Below are positions 1 through 8,049 of a DNA stretch of 41,027 bases, one piece after another (within the stretch, counting starts at the first letter, position 1; every line of letters begins with the position of its first letter). Origin of the DNA: a virus (Duplodnaviria > Caudoviricetes); IMG/VR virus record IMGVR_UViG_3300043414_000515, positions 1 through 41,027 of that record; one strand, written 5' to 3'. The notes beneath the pieces are model-generated. The model ran no database searches. It worked only from the letters and a program-made list of their open reading frames with translations, and was not told the DNA's origin. The position numbers and the translations under genes were made by a program.

Positions 1-29
1 CAAATTCTTCGCGTGTCATAGTCTGCTAC

Positions 30-236
30 TTATGCTTTGCAACCCGAGCAGTCGCACGGGATTACATTTAATTTGATGTCTGCTTTTAATTCCCGCATGC
101 TGTCATATCCACGGACATGGGAGCGGTCATTGGGAGAGCTGCACTCATCGAATCTCCAGCCGTCTGGCAGATTGAGGATATAGACACCGGCTTCGTCATA
201 GTCAACGTCACGGGATGCATTAAGCTTGTACTTCAT
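30..236 (-). CDS. Small hypothetical early protein with C-terminal CxCxxC (allele A)
   Basis: 68 aa ORF with RBS AAAGGA; 65/68 identical to 40071..40277. Confidence 0.8.
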   Translation of the reverse strand: MKYKLNASRDVDYDEAGVYILNLPDGWRFDECSSPNDRSHVRGYDSMRELKADIKLNVIPCDCSGCKA

Positions 237-273
237 GTTGAATTCCTTTGAGTGTAGAAGTTAAGAGAGAGGC

Positions 274-337
274 AGAATCTGACCCTCTCACAGTACTAGC
301 ATAATAGAATCGTGCCAGCGTCTGTAAGTACTTGATT
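274..337 (-). promoter_or_regulatory. Putative early promoter (TGGCACG motif) with adjacent IHF consensus site
   Basis: Minus strand reads GCTGGCACGATTCTATTATGCTAGTACTGT; AATCAAGTACTTA at 325-337 matches WATCAANNNNTTR. Confidence 0.55.
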
Positions 338-360
338 TATAAGACTGCTCCAAAACCCTA

Positions 361-378
361 ATGGTTATCCATACAGTA
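361..378. promoter_or_regulatory. Degenerate LexA (SOS) box-like site
   Basis: ATGGTTATCCATACAGTA versus CTGT-N8-ACAG; retained in the second copy at 40638-40655. Confidence 0.35.
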
Positions 379-828
379 CATGCACTTGATATAAGTCAAT
401 CAAATGGATTTAAGGTGATGCACGGATATGGTGCAGTCAGGACATGTCTGCCAGTGCCTGAACGAAAAGAAAAACAAAGGAAACCTACAGCATGTGTGTG
501 CCCTTGCTGTAGGTGATCACATAGGGAAGACATAGGGAAATGCACGGGTTTCCAGCGTCTGACATGCGCCAGACATGCGCCAGCCAATCATTCTCAAACC
601 CCAAAAGATAGCGGGCCCCTCCCCTCTCCCTTTTCCCATCCCCCCATAGCCTAGCCAAAGAACCCCCCCACGCTAGGGAAGAGGAGGGGGATACCCCTGC
701 TAGAGGGAGTGAAGAGGGGGGCCCGATCACCCATCCCCAAAATTTCTACAGAACTTTTTCCCCAACAACTAGTGCTACATCCGTTTCTGGTATAAAATTT
801 TTCACATAGAACTTTTATAGGAATTGCT

Positions 829-1335
829 ATGAAGTGGACATTGGCTCATCCTCTGTCGGATGCTGAAGACATCGTCTGGATGGCAGACACCTTCTTTGGG
901 ACTGAGGCAGACGGGATTCTGACTAGAAGCAAGGATGTCTTTCGGAAAAACGTAACGATAGCTAGTACGGTTCAACTGTTTGACAAAGGGAAAGAGTTCT
1001 TAGCAGTGTGTCGAACGGACGATGAACGCCTGTTGGGGTTCTGTTGGTTTGACAGGGGTGGGTATACTACTTACTCAAGGGAAGAGATTTCCAATGCCAA
1101 GTTCCACCATGTTGACTTATCCTTACCAGCCAAGACCAGGGTACAACTTGTACACCAGATGATTGACCAGCATATACTGTGGGCTAATCTGTGGGGCATT
1201 CCTGTGGTTTGTTCGACTAGTATTCGGTCTGAGCATGATGGGTTTATGCGAATTCATCAAAAGCGTGGATTTAAGGTGAATGGTTCATATGCGTGGATTC
1301 GTACTGAAGAGGGTATGAAATGTTTGATGAAATAA
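829..1335 (+). CDS. GNAT-fold acetyltransferase-like protein
   Basis: 168 aa; ERLLGFCWF strand and C-terminal FMRIHQKRGF resemble GNAT motifs; TG-G-TATAAA at 788-796 and RBS AGGA upstream. Confidence 0.55.
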   Translation: MKWTLAHPLSDAEDIVWMADTFFGTEADGILTRSKDVFRKNVTIASTVQLFDKGKEFLAVCRTDDERLLGFCWFDRGGYTTYSREEISNAKFHHVDLSLPAKTRVQLVHQMIDQHILWANLWGIPVVCSTSIRSEHDGFMRIHQKRGFKVNGSYAWIRTEEGMKCLMK

Positions 1336-1772
1336 GACCTGAAGGTTCTTTGGTTTCTTCTGATGCTAAACGGGCAGATGCTCGGGCTAGATACGCCCAT
1401 AAGAAGGCCATGAAGATTGCTACTGGTGAAGTCATACCAGAAATCAAGGCAGCAACCCCTGGAGGTGGCAGACCTAAATCCATTGTTAACCGGGTTACTG
1501 AATACGGCGCTTTGTTCAACAAGTTGAATGAGGAAAGGCTTGCCAAGGGTCTGTCTCCATTGAAGACGGCTATGGAAGTCCTGATTGATGCTATGCAGTC
1601 CGATGAGATAGACATCAAGGACAAGGCTAGAATTGCTGATAAACTGGCCCCGTTTGAATCTAGCCGCGCTCCTATTATTTCGATTGAGCATGTGCAGAAC
1701 ATCAGCAAGGATGAGGAAGTATCTGCTGATGAGGCGTTGGATGACTTCCTGATGGCAATCCGTAAAGTATGA
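1320..1772 (+). CDS. terS: Terminase small subunit (putative)
   Basis: GGGRPKSIVNR motif, helical core, position upstream of terL. Confidence 0.6.
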   Translation: MFDEIRPEGSLVSSDAKRADARARYAHKKAMKIATGEVIPEIKAATPGGGRPKSIVNRVTEYGALFNKLNEERLAKGLSPLKTAMEVLIDAMQSDEIDIKDKARIADKLAPFESSRAPIISIEHVQNISKDEEVSADEALDDFLMAIRKV

Positions 1773-2032
1773 ACAAAGCTATACCCCGCAAGACTACCGG
1801 CAAAGGTAAGACGTACAACACCACCGAACAGGGTGCTGGTATGACTGCCAAGGGCCGTGCGGCGTACAATGCCAAGAATGGTAGTAACTTAAAGCCACCA
1901 GCCCCAAACCCTAAGAACAAAAAGGATGCAGGAAGAAAAGCTTCTTTTTGTGCGCGGATGTCAGGGGTTGTTAAAAACGCCAAAGGCCCAGCAGAACGGG
2001 CCAAAGCTTCATTAAAGAATTGGAACTGCTAA
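1769..2032 (+). CDS. Small basic phage protein (DUF6321-like)
   Basis: GMTAKGRAAYN...RKASFCARM...SLKNWNC; K/R-rich. Confidence 0.65.
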   Translation: MNKAIPRKTTGKGKTYNTTEQGAGMTAKGRAAYNAKNGSNLKPPAPNPKNKKDAGRKASFCARMSGVVKNAKGPAERAKASLKNWNC

Positions 2033-2190
2033 TGAAACCCGGACTTTATGCCAATATTCACGCGAAGAAGGAACGGATCAAAGACCAGAAAGCTGCTGGC
2101 AAGCCCGTAGAGAAAATGCGAAAGCCTGGGTCTAAAGGCGCTCCTACTGCCAAAGCATTTAAAGAGTCTGCTAAGACAGCCAAAAAGTGA
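2032..2190 (+). CDS. Small basic protein, 52 aa (not in ORF track)
   Basis: MKPGLYANIHAKKERIK...GAPTAKAFKESAKTAKK; TAATG coupling to the upstream gene. Confidence 0.75.
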   Translation: MKPGLYANIHAKKERIKDQKAAGKPVEKMRKPGSKGAPTAKAFKESAKTAKK

Positions 2191-2213
2191 TTAGAATTAA
2201 ATAAGGAATCTAT

Positions 2214-2366
2214 ATGCCATTGAAAAAAGGTACTTCCCCAAAAACGGTGTCCAAAAACATCAAGACTGAAATGAAGGCTGGCAAGCCACAGGATCAAGCT
2301 GTAGCTATTGCCTATTCCATGAAACGTGAATCTGAAGAGAAACGCAACCCGAAAGGCAAGAAATGA
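2214..2366 (+). CDS. Small basic protein, 50 aa (not in ORF track)
   Basis: MPLKKGTSPKTVSKNIKTEMKAGKPQDQAVAIAYS; RBS TAAGGA. Confidence 0.75.
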   Translation: MPLKKGTSPKTVSKNIKTEMKAGKPQDQAVAIAYSMKRESEEKRNPKGKK

Positions 2367-2647
2367 ACTTCCAATCTGTACAAGCTCCGAACCGTACCGG
2401 CAATATAGCCAAGCACACTGCCAGCCATGTAGGCGGCGTTACCCGTGTAACCGGCCCTAAGCACGGTATGGCTACCCCTAAAGGTAACCAAGGCGCTCCC
2501 GCTTGCTCCACCCCTGCAAACAATAAGAATGCTGGCGTGACTGCTGGTCGTAAGCAAAAGGTTATGGTCAGCACCCACGCTGACTACTGTGGAACCATCA
2601 AGAACGATGGCTACATGGATAAGTCTGTTAAAAACTACTTGGGGTAA
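2363..2647 (+). CDS. Small basic hypothetical protein
   Basis: 94 aa, ATGA overlap. Confidence 0.65.
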   Translation: MNFQSVQAPNRTGNIAKHTASHVGGVTRVTGPKHGMATPKGNQGAPACSTPANNKNAGVTAGRKQKVMVSTHADYCGTIKNDGYMDKSVKNYLG

Positions 2648-2650
2648 TCT

Positions 2651-2884
2651 ATGTCTGGATACGGAACTATCATCTCTGGCGGTGCGCGTATGACCAAAGG
2701 TCTTACCAAAGGCATTAATGAAAAACTTGAAGAGTATGCTGAAAGCCATAAAATGTCGGCTATGTTGGCTGACTCTGTGCGCAAAGCATTTAACCAAAAC
2801 CCATTGTCTGACCAGCATTTGAATGACATCAATGTGAAGGCAGCTAAGAAGTTCACCACCCCGAAACTACCCGCAAAAATTTGA
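2651..2884 (+). CDS. Small basic hypothetical protein
   Basis: 77 aa, in operon. Confidence 0.65.
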   Translation: MSGYGTIISGGARMTKGLTKGINEKLEEYAESHKMSAMLADSVRKAFNQNPLSDQHLNDINVKAAKKFTTPKLPAKI

Positions 2885-2894
2885 AAGGTATAGC

Positions 2895-3128
2895 ATGGAA
2901 ATGCATGAATTGTCCTTTGGACAAAAAGCAGTTGGATTGCAATTTAACCCGAGTTCAAACCATGAGGTTGATAAATGTAAGCGTGAATTCGCCGATGTTA
3001 TTGACCGCATGAATTATTTGAGACAGAACACTGATAGCACGGAAGTGAAGCGCATGGCATCTATTGCCATTACCGAAGCACAAACTGCACAGATGTGGGC
3101 CGTTAAAGCAATTACTTGGAAGGATTAA
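2895..3128 (+). CDS. Acb2/Tad1-like helical-hairpin protein (candidate immune-signal sponge)
   Basis: FNPS...RMASIAITEAQTAQMWAVKAITW resembles the C-terminal helix of Acb2/Tad1 family proteins. Confidence 0.6.
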   Translation: MEMHELSFGQKAVGLQFNPSSNHEVDKCKREFADVIDRMNYLRQNTDSTEVKRMASIAITEAQTAQMWAVKAITWKD

Positions 3129-3130
3129 GC

Positions 3131-3772
3131 ATGGCAACGTATGACATTGAGGCACTGAAAGCAGACCTGCCTACTGCAAAAGAACTGGCGCAATTTGTTT
3201 ACGACAAAACTCAAATTTCGCTAGACTTTATTGGTAAACCAAAAGAAGACCAATACCAAGTAGCAAAGAATGCCTTGGAAGGGAAGAAGATTCCGTCTGA
3301 TTACATGACGGAACTAAACCCCTACTTGGACAAAAAGGAACTGATACCTGAAGATGCAATTAAGCAGATGCCTCCACGGTCTGCTGACTTGCCACCTGAA
3401 GACGCACGGGTTCACTTCTTTGGTGCTACTAATATGCCTCACCCGACAGATCCTCAGTCTGATCGGAAAGTGCAAATCAACTTCCGCAAGTATGAAAATG
3501 GCGCCATCACTTATCAGATTACAGGCCCATTGGAAAAGACTGCGATTGGTGAGCGCATCAACAAGTTTGGTCAAAAGCAACCAGAGAAATATAGCTGGCT
3601 TGATCCTCGTACCCCTGAAATTATGATGCGCCGCGCTGATGGCACATACACCGAAAAAGGGCGAGGTTTGTATGCGTATTGCATTGGTGAAAAAGGCGGT
3701 GGAATCTGGCCTTTGATTGACCGCGATCTAACAAACTTTGCCCAGAAAAACGTCACTGACCCTTGGGCATGA
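3131..3772 (+). CDS. Hypothetical protein
   Basis: Long ORF; likely start MATYDIE with RBS AAGGA. Confidence 0.75.
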   Translation: MATYDIEALKADLPTAKELAQFVYDKTQISLDFIGKPKEDQYQVAKNALEGKKIPSDYMTELNPYLDKKELIPEDAIKQMPPRSADLPPEDARVHFFGATNMPHPTDPQSDRKVQINFRKYENGAITYQITGPLEKTAIGERINKFGQKQPEKYSWLDPRTPEIMMRRADGTYTEKGRGLYAYCIGEKGGGIWPLIDRDLTNFAQKNVTDPWA

Positions 3773-3960
3773 TAGAAGAGCCCACAAATCTCTTTCGCCA
3801 AAAGCTACCGGCGCAAGCGGAGGTTTGTGCGCGTAAGGCTCTTGAGTGGCTTCAGAAAGACTTGCAGAATGAGCATAGTCTTAGCCCTCAAGATGTCTAC
3901 TATTTAGCGTCCGCTGCCGAAATACTCTTAGGCATCCGCGACACCTATGGCAAAAAGTGA
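3763..3960 (+). CDS. Hypothetical protein
   Basis: 65 aa, overlaps both neighbours (start may be 3769). Confidence 0.6.
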   Translation: MGMIEEPTNLFRQKLPAQAEVCARKALEWLQKDLQNEHSLSPQDVYYLASAAEILLGIRDTYGKK

Positions 3961-5539
3961 ATCCAGTGATTACATCCAGCCCATTTACAAGGATCGGGCG
4001 CTCAAACATTTAATTAAGCTGGCAGGAGGCAAGAGTGCTATCAAGCACTTGTCTTCTGAACATTTGAAAAAAATGCGGGTAGCACGGGATGTAGTAGCCA
4101 AGGACATGCAGTTCAATGCCTTGAAATGGTTCAGGCCATTCAAGTACCAGCAAACATTCTTTGAGACAGGCGCAACCCATTCCCGCCGGGGGATGATTGC
4201 AGCCAACCGTGCTGGTAAAACCATTGCGTCTACTTATGAGACTGCCTACCACCTGACCGGCAGGTATCCCAAGAACTGGAAAGGCATGAAGTGGGACAAA
4301 CCCATCATTGCAATGGCATCGGGTGAATCATGGGAGCAGGTATCCAAGACCCTGCAAAACAAGCTGCTTGGATGTGATGACATCAAGCAATCGTACAAAT
4401 TAGGAACTGGCGCTATTCCACGGGAATGTATTGATGAGAAGTCAATGCGTACCGATGGGGCCAATGTTTTGGCAATTGAAGTGTGGCATGAATCTGGTGG
4501 TAAATCAAAACTTTATTTCTCCAACTACACGCAACAAGTGCGTCACTTGCAAGGTTTTGAACTTGACTTGGTTGTCTTGGACGAACAGCCACCAGATGAA
4601 ACTTTCTCCGAGCTTGTTGTCCGTACAGCCGCTCGCAATGGACAAGTGTTGTGTTCATTTACACCCCTAAAAGGTATGTCGGGTCTGGTACGAAAGTTCT
4701 GGGACAAGATAGATGGGTACACCCATGTGCGTGTGACTTGGGATGACGTACCGTTTAAGAATGAATGGGATGAAGAGTTTTTTTCCCAAAAAGAACGGGA
4801 TCAGCTAAGCCGAGACTTTATGCCGTGGGAACGGGATTGCCGTATGAATGGCATTCCTTTGGTTGGCAAAGGCGTTGTATTTCCGATGCTGAACTGGCCC
4901 ACCTATAAGTCCACCGACATTGACCTGAAGAACGACCCAGCCCTAGAACGACTGATTTCTTTTGACTTGGGGATTAAGAATGACCCTACGGTAATTAGCT
5001 TCTTCTTTAGAAACCCAGTTGAGGAAGTTATTTATCTCAATCGGCAGATCAAAATTGCTAAGGGCGAAACTCCAGACGAATATGTCCATTTCCTGATGGA
5101 CAGGGAATCCAAAGGGGTTCCTATTGCATTGCCCCATGATGCCGCTCAAGCTGGGCGGTATACTTTGACCGAACAATCCGTCCGCGAGGTGTTTGAGGAC
5201 AGTTACGGGCTTAATTGCATTCCCGGTGCTATATTGAACCCTGTAAATGACCAAGGCAAGGTTACAAACCACAAGTCTTACGGAATCAATATAATGCGGA
5301 TGGGAATGGAGCGTGGGACGTTTATGATAAACGAATCATGCACCGAATTTTTGGATGAGGCACGGAACTATGCTATTGACGATGCTGGACGATTTTCTGA
5401 TCCTGATGATCACATTGACTCTGCGCGGATTGGCATTTTGGCGTTGATTCAAGGTCATGGTGAAACAATGGTAAGCCGAGCCAACACATTCCAATTCCGT
5501 AGACTTACAACGGTTGAAGGCAAGATTCAAAGGATCTAA
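3947..5539 (+). CDS. terL: Terminase large subunit (P22-like)
   Basis: Walker A AANRAGKT, Walker B VVLDEQ, FTPLKG, nuclease SFDLG...DDHIDSARI. Confidence 0.95.
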   Translation: MAKSESSDYIQPIYKDRALKHLIKLAGGKSAIKHLSSEHLKKMRVARDVVAKDMQFNALKWFRPFKYQQTFFETGATHSRRGMIAANRAGKTIASTYETAYHLTGRYPKNWKGMKWDKPIIAMASGESWEQVSKTLQNKLLGCDDIKQSYKLGTGAIPRECIDEKSMRTDGANVLAIEVWHESGGKSKLYFSNYTQQVRHLQGFELDLVVLDEQPPDETFSELVVRTAARNGQVLCSFTPLKGMSGLVRKFWDKIDGYTHVRVTWDDVPFKNEWDEEFFSQKERDQLSRDFMPWERDCRMNGIPLVGKGVVFPMLNWPTYKSTDIDLKNDPALERLISFDLGIKNDPTVISFFFRNPVEEVIYLNRQIKIAKGETPDEYVHFLMDRESKGVPIALPHDAAQAGRYTLTEQSVREVFEDSYGLNCIPGAILNPVNDQGKVTNHKSYGINIMRMGMERGTFMINESCTEFLDEARNYAIDDAGRFSDPDDHIDSARIGILALIQGHGETMVSRANTFQFRRLTTVEGKIQRI

Positions 5540-5540
5540 C

Positions 5541-7706
5541 ATGATCGATAAGCAAAACATAATCGTAGAGTACATTGAGGCTCCTTCTGGTAACAAGGGT
5601 ATTGTTTTTCAGGTAGCCCATGAAGCCTATCTAAAAATGGTTGATTACCTGCGATTGACTCAAGCCAAAAACACATTCAATCGTCTTTCTGACTACCACT
5701 ACCTAAATATTGCGGTTAGTAACTCCACTGAGCCAATCCGTGGTGTTGATTACATCCACCCTGTAGTAACTCCAGGAGTAGATTACGCAACGGCAATAAT
5801 CACTAAGTGCTTGATGCCAAACGGAAAAGTTAATTTTGAGTTTGAGCGATTCAGCGAAACGGACAACGAACAATCTGTCCAAGCTACTGAAATGGTCAAG
5901 TACATGATTAACAGTAAGAACGATTCTTACCAAATCATTCGGGATTGGGCACAGGATTCTTTGCTACATAAAAACGGTATTGTTATGGTATCGCCTGTGC
6001 GTGACCCCATTACCCAATACAAAGAAGTAGAAGGCACAAAAGATCAATTGCGTGTGTTTGAAACAATGGCGGCTGAAAAAGGTTTGACTGTCAAACGGCA
6101 AAACATGCGGAAGATTGACGTTGACCTTGCTGGTGCAGCCCAAGAAATGATGGCTGGCGACGAACAGGACTCTAGTTCACCGCAAGAGGAAATGAGTGCG
6201 GCACTTAACGCGAATACTATTTATCGCGCTAAATACAAGATGACGGGTTTTTCCACATCGATTCGTATCAAGCACGTTGCCCAGCATTACTTTGTCTGCA
6301 ACCCTACTATTCCGAATATTCAAGACCAAGACTTTTTGGGTTTTTATGACCCAATGACTATCCATGAGTGCAAAGCCCAATTTCCGTATGTAGACCTTGA
6401 AAAGCTTGCCACCCATGCTGCCTACGGCCCTGCTGGAGCCTACCAAGCTGGTGCATTGGAGAATGACCTAGCCCTACACGCCCGAGACTCCACCCCAGTG
6501 CCTGGACAAGGCGTAATTGCCTCCGCAGGTGCAGATCGGTATAGCCGAGTGATCATGCTGACTACCGCATGGCTCCGCAAAGATGTGGATGACGATGGGG
6601 AAGAAGAAATTGTAGAAATTTGCTTCTCAGGTTCGTATGTGCTGTATGTCAAGGAAGTAGATTTCATTCCTTTGGCTGCAATGTGCCCCAAGCCTATTAC
6701 GGGTAACTTCTTTGGATACTCCCTTGCGGAACGCTTGGTTCCAATGCAGGAATACGCAACGTCCATTGCCAGGGCTGAGATGGCGTTTGCCATGCAAGCG
6801 TCTACTCCCCGTATTGGTGTAAACCCAGAATTTATTGATGCAGAAGAAATCCAGCGTGGCGTGTCTGCCATGTTTATTTTGGATCGCAAGTTTGACGCTC
6901 AGAAACACGTTTTTGAGTTTGCGCCTATGCAGGGTAACCTTGCCTACGTCCAATCGTCTATGCAGCGATTTGAAGCCGACAAGATGGCAATGATTGGCAT
7001 GACCAGCCCAAGTGATGTGATGAATCCTGAAGTGATGAAGGATGGCAACAGCGGGTTTAAGTTGCAATTAGCTATGGGGCCAAACCAACTTATCCAGGAT
7101 GAGATGGTCAAAAACTGTGCAATTGGACTACGGGATGTTATTTACATTGTGTGGAAAACTTTGATTCAGTATGCGGACGATTACAACATCCAACAACTAG
7201 CCAATGTCTGCGCCAAGGGCAAACCATTCATGGACGCTATCTCCATGAACAACTATGAGTTCATTGACCGCAAGCTGATTAACATTGACTTGGCTTTGGG
7301 ATTTATGTCGGACGAAAACCGCTTGACCCGCCAGCAATTGATTGGACAAGCCCAGCAAGCCTTTGCTCAATCCATGATGCAGCTTGACCCAAGCGTACCT
7401 GAATTGTTTGCTAAAGTGCGTAGACCATATGAAGATACTTTGCGTGTACTAGGCGTAAAAGATGTGGATGCTTATCTGCCCACCTTGGAAGAAGCCGATA
7501 AGATATTCCAAGCTAAATCACAAATGCCTCCAAGTGCAGAGCAAGAAGAAATGACTTCTCGCACTAACTTGAATAAGGCGAAAACTGACGAAACAGTGGC
7601 AAACACTATGTTTACGCAGAAAAAAGCTGAAGACATTGATACTGATAACATGTTTGAAGCCTTGGCTGCAAAAAGAGGTAAACTTACATCAGTACAAATT
7701 GATTAA
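5541..7706 (+). CDS. Portal protein
   Basis: ~720 aa immediately after terL; DSLLHKNGIV and FFGYSLAERL portal-like motifs. Confidence 0.9.
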   Translation: MIDKQNIIVEYIEAPSGNKGIVFQVAHEAYLKMVDYLRLTQAKNTFNRLSDYHYLNIAVSNSTEPIRGVDYIHPVVTPGVDYATAIITKCLMPNGKVNFEFERFSETDNEQSVQATEMVKYMINSKNDSYQIIRDWAQDSLLHKNGIVMVSPVRDPITQYKEVEGTKDQLRVFETMAAEKGLTVKRQNMRKIDVDLAGAAQEMMAGDEQDSSSPQEEMSAALNANTIYRAKYKMTGFSTSIRIKHVAQHYFVCNPTIPNIQDQDFLGFYDPMTIHECKAQFPYVDLEKLATHAAYGPAGAYQAGALENDLALHARDSTPVPGQGVIASAGADRYSRVIMLTTAWLRKDVDDDGEEEIVEICFSGSYVLYVKEVDFIPLAAMCPKPITGNFFGYSLAERLVPMQEYATSIARAEMAFAMQASTPRIGVNPEFIDAEEIQRGVSAMFILDRKFDAQKHVFEFAPMQGNLAYVQSSMQRFEADKMAMIGMTSPSDVMNPEVMKDGNSGFKLQLAMGPNQLIQDEMVKNCAIGLRDVIYIVWKTLIQYADDYNIQQLANVCAKGKPFMDAISMNNYEFIDRKLINIDLALGFMSDENRLTRQQLIGQAQQAFAQSMMQLDPSVPELFAKVRRPYEDTLRVLGVKDVDAYLPTLEEADKIFQAKSQMPPSAEQEEMTSRTNLNKAKTDETVANTMFTQKKAEDIDTDNMFEALAAKRGKLTSVQID

Positions 7707-7714
7707 GGATTGCA

Positions 7715-8032
7715 ATGAAAAGCTTGGTATTGAATATTCGTGATTTTTTTAACCGTAGAACACGGGTTGAAGACAGTAAAAAGGAGGCAAATGTAAATCG
7801 GCGTACTCTAGTTATTGAAAATGGGGAATCAGCTTCCCGCCTCATGCGTAATGAGGACTTTGCACTGCTGTTTAACCTTTACAGGTTTTACTTACTGGAG
7901 CGGCTAGAAGATTGCCGTACTGATCCAGAGCGTATTGATAATGCACATGATGTTGCTGGAGTCCGAGATTTCATTGCCTTCATTGAGAAGACTGAGTATC
8001 TTGGGAAAGTGGCAATTAAAACTAACACTTAA
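7715..8032 (+). CDS. Small protein between portal and scaffold
   Basis: 105 aa; typical podovirus position. Confidence 0.7.
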   Translation: MKSLVLNIRDFFNRRTRVEDSKKEANVNRRTLVIENGESASRLMRNEDFALLFNLYRFYLLERLEDCRTDPERIDNAHDVAGVRDFIAFIEKTEYLGKVAIKTNT

Positions 8033-8049
8033 CCAAAAGAGAGTAAACT

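Larger units (their letters stand above)
30..763. repeat. Diverged direct repeat of ~40071..41027, ending in a 69-nt exact match (695-763 = 40959-41027)
   Basis: Direct comparison; exact 46-nt block 274-319 = 40540-40585. Confidence 0.95.

Noticed and set aside
396-730. Minus-strand ORFs in the control region (also 40712..40915)
   Set aside because: Not conserved as ORFs between the two alleles
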